In this document: piece after piece, positions 9,219-17,669 of the stretch
Position numbering within the stretch: position 1 is the first letter of the stretch
Layout: every line of letters begins with the position of its first letter
NCBI GenBank assembly: GCA_964412585.1
Contig: CAYPPJ010000006.1
Location: 31-64,030 of the forward strand
Reading direction: 5' to 3'
DNA from: an uncultured Candidatus Saccharibacteria bacterium
Lineage (GTDB): Bacteria; Patescibacteriota; Minisyncoccia; Phycocordibacterales; PALSA-1337
DNA length: 64,000 bases
Made by a program: the position numbers and the translations under genes
The notes under the pieces: model-generated
What the model was told of the DNA's origin: nothing
The model's input: the letters and a program-made list of their open reading frames with translations, nothing else
The model's database searches: none

Positions 9219-10685
9219 ATGAGACAAAAACCAATGGATTGGTTCGCCCAGAGGATTATTGAACCTCGGGACGAAATCAAGGAACGAAACCACGAGGCGT
9301 CGAAAGGACTGATTGGCTTCAGCTTCTTCACCTTGCTCGCATTCAAATCCCCTCTTCCCGCAAAAATCGTAGCAGTTGCCTGGCCGGCCATCGGCCTCCT
9401 GGTGCTGTACATCCGCCTCGGTCTTGAGGCGAAACACTACAAGTCCAGCCGCTGGACTGAGTTCTTGATCGGGTGGAAATTATGGGCCGAGATGGTCATG
9501 GAGATCTATCTTTGGCCGCTCCAACTACTCTTCATCTTGATCGGCAGTCGAGATACATGCTCGTACCGAAACACACTCCGAACCGTCCGCGTTGACACCT
9601 TGATTGAAAAGCTTGGCAAAGTTGGCCACGCCTTCGATTCGGCAGAACGGATGTTCGGCGATGATGTAGACCATGCTGCAGAGCAAGGTCGCGCTATCGA
9701 GGAACTGCCAGAGCAAATGGTTTTGACGGCAAAAACGGGCGCAGTCTGCGGTGCCACAGTCATGACCATGGCGACCAGTGCGGCTTCAGCTGCATCACCG
9801 GTACCGGTCACACCTACCAACAGTATCAATGTCTCGGTCACCGGCTGGGCCACTGCTGTTGGAGATATTTCGGCACAAGGCAAGCCCAAAGGGAGTCTTG
9901 AGTACGCGCGAGCATTCGTCACAGTCTCGGATGAGACACTCCGTACCAGCTTCTTCACCGAACTGGCGCTGGACGCGTTTCAGACACCAACGAATCCCGA
10001 TGTTCTCAAACGCTTCTTCTTCACCTTCAATCTTGACGACAAGACAACGGTGAATGTCGGACGCATGTTTGTAGCTGGTGGCTGGATAGGCCCCGGGCCG
10101 ACAGACTTGGAGACTGTGGACTACTTCAGGTTTCCCTTCACCTTTCAGGGCTACGCTGCCCAGGTGGATGTGAGTCGAGGTCCTTGGCACTTCCTCGCAG
10201 ACGTGTCGGGTGTTACCGGACTCTCGTTTCTCGATGGTGGTCAATTCGACATCATTGAGCACAGCGGGCACCTGTCACGGTCATTCGGCTCGCCATATGA
10301 GCTCGGGCTGACATGGCAAGTGAGCGAGAAGTTTGCTCGCGTAGCGGTGACTGGCTCTGCCAATCCGCTGCCCTGGCTCACGACTCGCGGCATGTTCTAT
10401 TACGACCGCGAGGTCGGACAAGGTCAGCGCACCAGTACCATCGGATGTTATGGCTTCGCCAGCGTCCAGCCCTTCCATTCGATCCCGTGGCTCTCCGTTC
10501 ACGGTCAGGCAGATGACAAAATCGGCCTCGACCATCCAGAACAGGAACCACTGACGGTTACTATTGGTATGCGAGCAACGTTCAGCAAACGCCACTCGTT
10601 CATCATGGATTACCGTTCAAGTTACGGCTCCGCTCACGCAGGCGACTCCGACGGAGTCCGCATGGCGTGGCAGACGACGTTCTGA
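9219..10685 (+). CDS. Hypothetical membrane-associated protein in a high-GC block. N-terminal TM helices, beta-rich C-terminal half ending in a terminal Phe.
   Basis: Long ORF with hydrophobic N-terminal segments; no catalytic motifs recognised. Confidence 0.45.
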   Translation: MRQKPMDWFAQRIIEPRDEIKERNHEASKGLIGFSFFTLLAFKSPLPAKIVAVAWPAIGLLVLYIRLGLEAKHYKSSRWTEFLIGWKLWAEMVMEIYLWPLQLLFILIGSRDTCSYRNTLRTVRVDTLIEKLGKVGHAFDSAERMFGDDVDHAAEQGRAIEELPEQMVLTAKTGAVCGATVMTMATSAASAASPVPVTPTNSINVSVTGWATAVGDISAQGKPKGSLEYARAFVTVSDETLRTSFFTELALDAFQTPTNPDVLKRFFFTFNLDDKTTVNVGRMFVAGGWIGPGPTDLETVDYFRFPFTFQGYAAQVDVSRGPWHFLADVSGVTGLSFLDGGQFDIIEHSGHLSRSFGSPYELGLTWQVSEKFARVAVTGSANPLPWLTTRGMFYYDREVGQGQRTSTIGCYGFASVQPFHSIPWLSVHGQADDKIGLDHPEQEPLTVTIGMRATFSKRHSFIMDYRSSYGSAHAGDSDGVRMAWQTTF

Positions 10686-10790
10686 AGGTTTCCTACAATT
10701 CTTCGCAGGCGCATCGGCAACGATGCGCTTTTTTTATACAACAAAAAACCCACCATTCGGCGGGCTCTTTGTGCGCGATGCGCGGAGATA

Positions 10791-11303
10791 TTATTTGTTT
10801 TGAGACTGCTCAAAGGCGCTATAGACGCTAGCAGTATTCTTTGCTGAAAGCCCTGAATCAATGACAGCGATAGGTGATGTCGAACGTGTTGCCTGGCATT
10901 TTTCATTGGTAACTGTACATGCGATTTCAATCACAATATTCTGACCAATCTCAGTCTTTGATGGAACCCAGACCGCATCACCATCATTTTGGGTAAATGA
11001 AGCGATAGTACGGATGAGCTTGTAACTCACTGGATCTGAACTTTCTCGGCGGAGGATATTGATCGTGACTGTTGGCGAAGAATAATTTTGAGATGTCCAC
11101 TTGATATGCTGAACTTCGCCAACCTTGACGGTACCTGAGATTGATTCTACAAGTGCCAACGAAGCTCCACTCACGACAGGGGTCTGTGTTACAGGAGTGA
11201 CGGCGACATTTGTTGAGCTCGGAGAGGTCAATGCGGCGATGATAAGGATGACCGCAGCGACGATAACTGAAACAATCAGAGCCGTCTTAGGTGAAGATTT
11301 CAT
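10791..11303 (-). CDS. Hypothetical N-terminally anchored secreted protein.
   Basis: N-terminal TM LIVSVIVAAVILIIAAL followed by a Thr/Val-rich linker. Confidence 0.45.
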   Translation of the reverse strand: MKSSPKTALIVSVIVAAVILIIAALTSPSSTNVAVTPVTQTPVVSGASLALVESISGTVKVGEVQHIKWTSQNYSSPTVTINILRRESSDPVSYKLIRTIASFTQNDGDAVWVPSKTEIGQNIVIEIACTVTNEKCQATRSTSPIAVIDSGLSAKNTASVYSAFEQSQNK

Positions 11304-11403
11304 AAATAAAATAGTGTTATTACTAACGGTAATGATTATATCATACAGGTATATAATGTCAAGTCAAGGGTTGCTGTGGGGATAAACACTCGACACTTCT
11401 ATG

Positions 11404-11473
11404 CGGGCGATCGAGGAATCGAACCTCGGACAGCGGTTTTGGAGACCGCAGTTATGCCACTTAACTAATCGCC
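11404..11473 (-). tRNA. tRNA-Trp(CCA).
   Basis: Reverse complement gives GGGCGAT...GCGGT-CTCCAAA-ACCGC...GGTTCGATTCC...ATCGCCCG. Confidence 0.75.
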
Positions 11474-11485
11474 CAAATTTCTCTA

Positions 11486-11628
11486 CCTCGAGAAATTTGG
11501 ATCGAGAGATTTCCTCTGGCGAAGCCGGAGGAAATTCGAGACCGAAATTTCCCTTCCTAAGGAAATTCGCGTCGAAAGATTTTTCATGGCGTAGCCGTGA
11601 AAAATTTTCGTGCAGAATTTCCCTATTA
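11486..11628. repeat. Array of four degenerate tandem direct repeats of about 35 bp, each internally palindromic, between tRNA-Trp and rpmG.
   Basis: Units GAGAAATTTGGATCGAGAGATTTCCTCTGGCGAAGCC, GAGGAAATTCGAGACCGAAATTTCCCTTCCTAAG, GGAAATTCGCGTCGAAAGATTTTTCATGGCGTAGCC and GTGAAAAATTTTCGTGCAGAATTTCCC. Confidence 0.55.
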
Positions 11629-11692
11629 CCCCCCTATTTAGCAAAAAAGAGGATATCGTAATCCTACCCTCTTTTTCATCTCTATGCAAAAT

Positions 11693-11848
11693 TATTTCTT
11701 TGCTTCCTTGAAGACCACGTGCTTCCTCAGCTTCGCGCTGTATTTCTTGAGCTCGATCTTCTTTTCGACCGTCTTCTTGTTTTTGCGTGACCAATAGGTC
11801 TCGCCGGTCGACTTGTTTTTGAGTTGTATAAGCTTTTCTTGTGACATA
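11693..11848 (-). CDS. rpmG: 50S ribosomal protein L33 (Cys-less form); absent from the ORF track because it is only 51 aa.
   Basis: Translation MSQEKLIQLKNKSTGETYWSRKNKKTVEKKIELKKYSAKLRKHVVFKEAKK matches the L33 pattern KNK..L.LKKY....KH..FKE.K. Confidence 0.7.
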
Positions 11849-11948
11849 AAGGTATAAAATGGCTAAAAATCGTGTCGCCGTACTATAGCATATAAAATTG
11901 TAGGCCGCAACGCGTGCAAGCGTTGCGGCCCCTAATCATCAAGTCAGT

Positions 11949-13067
11949 TCACGGATTCACTCCGACTGCTTCAGCCTTGCCGACAGGAACTGGGCCACCA
12001 CCACCCGATGGCGAACCATAGTAGCGATGAAGAGTGATCCAACCCCGATCAATCGGCTTGGGACCATTGGGCAGGACCGTCACCACCACTTTTCCAGCAT
12101 TCAGGTTCACGGTGTTAACGCGAGTTTCTTTTCCTCCCCAAGGATACACCGTGCTGTTGTCCTTGAGTTCAAGGGCGACCATATCGCCTTGCTCGGTAAC
12201 TTGGTGCACATAGAACGTGACATCGCCCCAGAGTGACAGCTCCAAGCCTCCATCATCCACGTCGGTGAATATAACCTTTCCCGGCGTGTTCGTTCCAGCG
12301 GTAGTGGGGACACTACAATCAAATGGAACCCCTCCGAGGGAGAACCACGCATCAGTGCGGTCGTTGGGAAATTCAACCCCGACGACGTTGCCGATGTATT
12401 TGATTGCCACATAGCCTTCGTCAGGCGTGACAGGCTTCTTGAACGGCTCAAGTGTTCCTTGTCCCAATGGACTGCCATCACTCCGTTTGCGGAGTGTGTA
12501 GTGATACGAACCACCAACTGGCGGGAGATACGCAGCAAAATTGCCGTTCTCATCGCTGCCGTAGCCGTATCCATAGGTAAATCCTTCGATGTCAAGATCA
12601 ACATCATTGAGATCTGCCCCTGGAGGCAACGGTAAGACGATCTTAATGTCGCCAGGCCGCAGGATAACCTCCATACGATCACCTTTTACGACGTTCTGCA
12701 GGTAGGCGTACCCGTAACCGGCGTACGCGCCTTTCGACGAGCGGGCGTCCACATTCAGGTTGACTTCCTTCATGCGGCCACCATTCGCCATCGGAATACC
12801 GAAGATGGGCTTCGGCAACGGAATATTCACTCCGTTGATCGAGAGGTTGGTGATGGCGAAGTCCGACTTGCGCACCACAAACTTCATCCAAGTGTCCTGC
12901 CATTTGTCATTGACCAAGGACTTGGCGCTGATGGAACAGTCGAACGAGGTCGGTGGCTTCATGACGAAGCCACGGGCAACGTTCAACGGGTTGATGTTGG
13001 CATCGTCCTGGGCCTGCACACACATGCAGAGGGCGATAGCGGAGAGGACTGCGAACAGTTTTTTCAT
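11949..13067 (-). CDS. Secreted hypothetical protein with signal peptide.
   Basis: N-terminal MKKLFAVLSAIALCMCVQAQ signal; high-GC block; Gly/Tyr-rich repeats. Confidence 0.5.
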   Translation of the reverse strand: MKKLFAVLSAIALCMCVQAQDDANINPLNVARGFVMKPPTSFDCSISAKSLVNDKWQDTWMKFVVRKSDFAITNLSINGVNIPLPKPIFGIPMANGGRMKEVNLNVDARSSKGAYAGYGYAYLQNVVKGDRMEVILRPGDIKIVLPLPPGADLNDVDLDIEGFTYGYGYGSDENGNFAAYLPPVGGSYHYTLRKRSDGSPLGQGTLEPFKKPVTPDEGYVAIKYIGNVVGVEFPNDRTDAWFSLGGVPFDCSVPTTAGTNTPGKVIFTDVDDGGLELSLWGDVTFYVHQVTEQGDMVALELKDNSTVYPWGGKETRVNTVNLNAGKVVVTVLPNGPKPIDRGWITLHRYYGSPSGGGGPVPVGKAEAVGVNP

Positions 13068-13099
13068 TTTCGTTCTAGTTTGCTGTTGGTTTGACCGAA

Positions 13100-13411
13100 T
13101 TATTTGACCGAGACCGTGACCGTGTTGGAAAGGGTGTACCCGAGCGCATTAAGTGCCGCTTCAGTGACATCCTGCGCATTCGTCGCTTCCTGCACGAACC
13201 CCGCCGGCACTTCCGGTTGACCCGGTGTAGCGACGACTGATTCCTGATCCGTGGCTTTCGCGTGCGATTGGCGGCTCATATACAACAGAGCCACCATCAC
13301 CACAAGCAAAATCCCACAGAAGATCAACAGGATACGGAACCCACGAAACATCGTGGGAGTACCAAACGTTTGCGGATTTTTCATAGGCTTGTTCCTTCCG
13401 TCCTTCGACAA
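13100..13411 (-). CDS. Small single-TM membrane protein, hypothetical.
   Basis: ILLIFCGILLVVMVALLYM hydrophobic segment. Confidence 0.35.
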   Translation of the reverse strand: MSKDGRNKPMKNPQTFGTPTMFRGFRILLIFCGILLVVMVALLYMSRQSHAKATDQESVVATPGQPEVPAGFVQEATNAQDVTEAALNALGYTLSNTVTVSVK

Positions 13412-13586
13412 TCAACACCTGCTGCCGTAGCAAAAGGCTTGGTTAATTGTTTGTTTGACTGACATGATGATGTCAAAGGACTAAAAATGGGGCTTTTTAC
13501 TACCCCTTTTGTACGGGCGTCAATATAGCATAATAATAGTGTAAAGTCAAGTGCTCCCGCTACGTTAAAGGGAGTACAATAAACCC

Positions 13587-14789
13587 ATGAGACGCCTCCT
13601 CACCCGCCTTTCCAAACGTCGCTTTCCCTACGAACCACTGGTCACGGTCACTATTTCCCGTACACGACTGATCCACAACCTCCACGAGTTCATGAAGGTC
13701 GCACCACGAGGTACCGTCGCACCAGTCCTCAAAAGTAACGCCTACGGACATGGCCTTGTGGATGTGGCACGCATTATAGAAGCAGAACGACGTAGTGATG
13801 GCCGTGCCAAAAAAGACCACATCCCCTTCTTGGTGGTCGATTCATTTTTTGAAGCTGTTGCACTCCGCGCCGCACGAGTCAGATCACCACTTCTCATCAT
13901 TGGCTATACGCGACCAGAAACCATAGCGCGCTCACGTCTCCGTGACGTGTCTTTTACTATTAGCTCTATCGAAACTCTCCGTCACATCGCTGAGTATCAA
14001 TACTCCTTCTTCGACTTTGGTGGTAAACGAATCTCTATTCATCTGAAAATAGATACCGGTATGCACCGCCAAGGTATCCTGCCAAGCGAACTCCACGAGG
14101 TCTCCGACCTGCTCGACATGAATCCGTCCATCGTACTCAAAGGCATATGTTCACATTTTTCATCAGCCGATGACCCAGATCCTTCGGCAACAGAATCACA
14201 GATTCATATCTGGAACAAAGTAGCGAAAGAGCTGCATAATCAATACTCCTCACTCGAACATATCCATATCAGCAACACAGACGGTCATCGCTACGTCAAA
14301 GAATGTTACGCGACTGTCTCCCGGCTCGGCCTTGGCCTCTATGGGCTCGCTGATGGCAGCGTCTTTTCTCCCCCACTCGACCTCAAACCAGTCATGAGTT
14401 TGGAAACAATCATCACTGGTACAAAAAAATTGCAACGTGATGACACAGTCGGCTACGGTAATACATTCAAAGCTGAAAAAGAAATGACCATCGCCACACT
14501 TCCTCTCGGTTACTACGAAGGTGTCGACCGCCGACTTTCAAATAAAGGAATTGTGTTGGTTGGCCCAGAGCGTGTTCCGTGTAAGATCATCGGCCGAGTC
14601 AGCATGAATATCACTGTTATTGATGTGACCGATATACCGCCCGTACAAGCTGGCACCACGGTCACTGTTATAAGCAACCAGCCGCATGACCCAAATTCAG
14701 TAGTGCATATGGCAGAGATGGCTGGAACTATTCCCTATGAGATTGCGGTGCATGTGTCAGGACTGCTCAAGAGAGTGGTGGTTGACTAA
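13587..14789 (+). CDS. alr: Alanine racemase.
   Basis: PLP-lysine motif APVLKSNAYGHG; size and C-terminal beta-domain pattern. Confidence 0.8.
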   Translation: MRRLLTRLSKRRFPYEPLVTVTISRTRLIHNLHEFMKVAPRGTVAPVLKSNAYGHGLVDVARIIEAERRSDGRAKKDHIPFLVVDSFFEAVALRAARVRSPLLIIGYTRPETIARSRLRDVSFTISSIETLRHIAEYQYSFFDFGGKRISIHLKIDTGMHRQGILPSELHEVSDLLDMNPSIVLKGICSHFSSADDPDPSATESQIHIWNKVAKELHNQYSSLEHIHISNTDGHRYVKECYATVSRLGLGLYGLADGSVFSPPLDLKPVMSLETIITGTKKLQRDDTVGYGNTFKAEKEMTIATLPLGYYEGVDRRLSNKGIVLVGPERVPCKIIGRVSMNITVIDVTDIPPVQAGTTVTVISNQPHDPNSVVHMAEMAGTIPYEIAVHVSGLLKRVVVD

Positions 14790-14838
14790 TATGAATGTAG
14801 TGGTACTCTGAGGCTAAACCAACCCCGGAGAATACGTT

Positions 14839-14976
14839 TATGAACCTATGGATTAATGTGGGCCTGATCCTTCTTGTCATTGCGGAACTTGCCGTCTTGG
14901 CATTCGTCATCATGGCGAATCTGATCAAGCGACAACGTGAAGAGCAGTTTCGTTTCGAGCAGAAGCATTCCTGAAA
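14839..14976 (+). CDS. Small (45 aa) single-TM protein, hypothetical; absent from the ORF track.
   Basis: GGAGA RBS 8 nt upstream of the ATG. MNLWINVGLILLVIAELAVLAFVIMANLIKRQREEQFRFEQKHS. Followed by a terminator hairpin. Confidence 0.35.
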
Positions 14977-14990
14977 GATCGCCGCCCCCC

Positions 14991-15023
14991 AACGACAAAG
15001 GCCGGACACGATGTTCCGGCCTT
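14991..15023 (+). terminator. Rho-independent terminator.
   Basis: GGCCGGA-CACGATGT-TCCGGCC hairpin followed by a T-run. Confidence 0.55.
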
Positions 15024-15111
15024 TATCTTGTGCGCCGTGCTGGACTCGAACCAGCGATGCCCATTGGGCCGCGGATTTACAGTCCGCTGCAATAGCCGCT
15101 ATGCGAACGGC
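15022..15111 (-). tRNA. tRNA-Tyr(GTA) with a long variable arm.
   Basis: Reverse complement gives GCGCCGT...GCGGA-CTGTAAA-TCCGC...long extra arm...GGTTCGAGTCC...ACGGCGCA. Confidence 0.75.
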
Positions 15112-15157
15112 GCGCATGTTCGCTCACATAAGGAACAAATCGATTCTAACATATGTA

Positions 15158-16114
15158 TCAAAAATATACATCTAATTTCTCTAGGGCTTCCAGCACAAAG
15201 CGCCTTCGTATATTCGAAGGAACATCGCCGGCCGAGTGATAGACCGGCATCAGCGCATCGTAGTCAGAAGTAATCAGAGATATCTTCGACTGGAGTTTTT
15301 GTATGCCCGCGATTGGAAATGCGAGTTTTATGATCGGGCCCTTCTTTAGGATTTCCGTCGGAGCATATCCGATGCAATCAACCACGACAATATGCCGCGC
15401 CGCCAACATCAGCCGCGGATATTTCTTCTCAAAATTGCGATATCCTTTGCCCCAATAGGTCGGATAGTCATACGACATCTCTTCATTGCCATCAAAGACG
15501 AATAGCGTTTCCTCAAGGCGTTTTGGTTTATCAATTATGGCCTGCAACATAAGCGCCGTTCCGCTGGCATTATCAATGGCTCCAGGACCGACAGAGTCAA
15601 CGTGCGAAAACACTATGGTTTTTGGATTTCTTCGGTTTCCTACCAAAATCTGATATGTCGTCTGTACTTTCTTCAGGACTTTCAGCTCCCCTTTTAGGTT
15701 GCGGGCTTTGAATAAAGCCGGCAAGGAACCAGCGGCAACCGCGCACGACGGTGCAAAAGAGAAATTAGCCCGCGAGATCGCCTTGGAGCGCGGATTGAAG
15801 TTTATGTGCGGAACATCAAGAAAATAACGCGACGACACCAATGAGCTAGTATACGCGGTCACCTCATCAAATGTGCCCGAAGTAAATCCAGTCGGCATGC
15901 AAGGAATGTTTTTTCTATCGGCACGTAACACGCATTTTTTCCAAACTGGCAACTCAACACGATACGTTTCAGTCTTGTAGGTAATACCAAACTCACGTAA
16001 TACTGAAGAAATAACATCGCATGCCTTTTTGGCTGCAACACCTTGCCGCGTTCCCAAAGCTGCCAGTTTACTGACGACAGTATCGAATATAAAATTGTTT
16101 GTTTTGTTTTTCAT
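15158..16114 (-). CDS. M28-family (aminopeptidase-like) zinc peptidase; internal Met start chosen.
   Basis: FSHVDSVGPGAIDNASGTALMLQ motif typical of M28 peptidases. Confidence 0.5.
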   Translation of the reverse strand: MKNKTNNFIFDTVVSKLAALGTRQGVAAKKACDVISSVLREFGITYKTETYRVELPVWKKCVLRADRKNIPCMPTGFTSGTFDEVTAYTSSLVSSRYFLDVPHINFNPRSKAISRANFSFAPSCAVAAGSLPALFKARNLKGELKVLKKVQTTYQILVGNRRNPKTIVFSHVDSVGPGAIDNASGTALMLQAIIDKPKRLEETLFVFDGNEEMSYDYPTYWGKGYRNFEKKYPRLMLAARHIVVVDCIGYAPTEILKKGPIIKLAFPIAGIQKLQSKISLITSDYDALMPVYHSAGDVPSNIRRRFVLEALEKLDVYF

Positions 16115-16204
16115 GGAGGCTTTGGGGCACACATTACTAGTATATAAAGTCCCAACAGACAAGCATAGAGCTTGGCTGTTGGGACGCGAGAGGGACAACA
16201 ACGC

Positions 16205-17242
16205 TCACAATGGGCGGCCGAAACGAAGCACCTCATCAGCAAACCATCGGGTCATGGCGGCGGTCTCGTCAGTCCAATACTGCAGTGGACAGAGCCGCTC
16301 ACTGGCTCGTACCGGCTCGTCAAGGATATGCTGATTGACGTAGAGCATGTCAGGACGAAGCGGCGCCGTTTTGACGACCATGGGCATGAAGCCGGTGGCC
16401 GAGCGAATGGCGTCCATCTCTTTTTCGAAGAGACGCCGAGCTTCAGGAACACCGCCAGTCTCATTATCATAGGTCTCCAACAAGACGAAGGTCCCATCGA
16501 GAAACATAGACAAGTAGAGGTGGTAATACCATTTGGATGAGGGACGGACGGTCAGATCCAGCGCCTCGCTTTCAGTGTAATGCGACGAGGGCGAATCCTT
16601 ACCATCGCCATTGCACCGCCAGACCGTAGCCGGTTTTTTTCCTGCCCGATTGACTTGAGCAAGCACTCGACCATAGGTATCTGACAAATCAGTCCACAGA
16701 TACGGTTCAGGAAATGAGCGAAAGACATTCTGTTGCATCTGCCAGTGATACTGGGCCAGCGAAACGCCGTTGGTGTACAGACGATCCATGCGGGCCATGT
16801 TCAGCTCATCATAAACCTTAACTTGAGGCTGAGTAATCAAAGGTCGATTATCCACCACCAAGCGGGCCTTTTTTGACCACGACACGAACGGCACTCGCGC
16901 ACGGAATAGTTTGTCGTTGCTTCCAGAATTGAACGAATCGCGGGTGAATGCGAGAACGGTGGGTACCAAGCCGAGACGACGGGAGAGCAGATAGCAAGCC
17001 ACGTCTTCACTGCACACTCCTGGAATCTGTCGAGCCAACACGCCATAGGATTTTTCCTGATCGATCACCGGCGCGGAGCCGATGATCCCCGAACCGATCC
17101 CTTCGCGGATAAACCGGCTGTATTCCGGAATACCGAAGGTTCTTTCGACGTGCTGATCAAGCATGGCCCGAATAGTATGTTGTTTCTGTCTGCGCCGCCG
17201 CAGCTCTTCTTTCACCTGAACCACTGAAGTAAGGTAATACAT
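16205..17242 (-). CDS. Hypothetical protein in a high-GC segment.
   Basis: Long ORF with coherent codon usage; no motif recognised. Confidence 0.4.
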   Translation of the reverse strand: MYYLTSVVQVKEELRRRRQKQHTIRAMLDQHVERTFGIPEYSRFIREGIGSGIIGSAPVIDQEKSYGVLARQIPGVCSEDVACYLLSRRLGLVPTVLAFTRDSFNSGSNDKLFRARVPFVSWSKKARLVVDNRPLITQPQVKVYDELNMARMDRLYTNGVSLAQYHWQMQQNVFRSFPEPYLWTDLSDTYGRVLAQVNRAGKKPATVWRCNGDGKDSPSSHYTESEALDLTVRPSSKWYYHLYLSMFLDGTFVLLETYDNETGGVPEARRLFEKEMDAIRSATGFMPMVVKTAPLRPDMLYVNQHILDEPVRASERLCPLQYWTDETAAMTRWFADEVLRFGRPL

Positions 17243-17669
17243 AATGCAGTACTGTAGGTTGTTGTTGCCAAGGAACTCCAGCTCGTTCTAAGCACACTCA
17301 TGCTTAGATGCTGGTGACATACTTCAAGCTATTATCCGAGAGGTGGCGAGGATGGCTTAATATATTTCATCAAATACCAAACATGATTCATATAGATATG
17401 AACCCAAAGAAGATGGAGCGTATGAAGCTTGTTGTTGGTATAGATGTTCATGTGTGAGTGGCTCAGATCTAGACTAAAAGAAAAACCCCAGTCGGGAGTA
17501 TGCCGGCTGAGGTTTTTCCTAATAAGAGCAGATCCTATAAGGCAAAAGCCAAAACAGCCGGCATGGTAAGGTGCCAGAGCGTAAGGGCTGACGTGTTGTT
17601 CTTATAAGTCATGTAATGTAATGATAGCTGTAAGACAATAAAAAAGTCAACTATGTAAGATGCCCTAAC

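Noticed and set aside
9083-9412. 109-aa minus-strand ORF upstream of and overlapping the 9219 gene start.
   Set aside because: It is antisense to the start of a much longer, better supported gene, has no recognisable features, and lies at an AT-to-GC transition.
11483-11794. 103-aa minus-strand ORF spanning the hairpin-repeat array.
   Set aside because: It is in a different frame from, and overlaps, the clear rpmG (L33) reading frame. It reads through the repeat array and tRNA-proximal sequence, so it is an artefact of the array's low complexity.
17490-17540. Imperfect hairpin flanked by A and T runs (AAAAACCCCAGTCGGGAGTATGCCGGCTGAGGTTTTTCC) downstream of clpB.
   Set aside because: The stem contains a mismatch and bulges. 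It is plausible as a bidirectional terminator but not clean enough to list as a feature.
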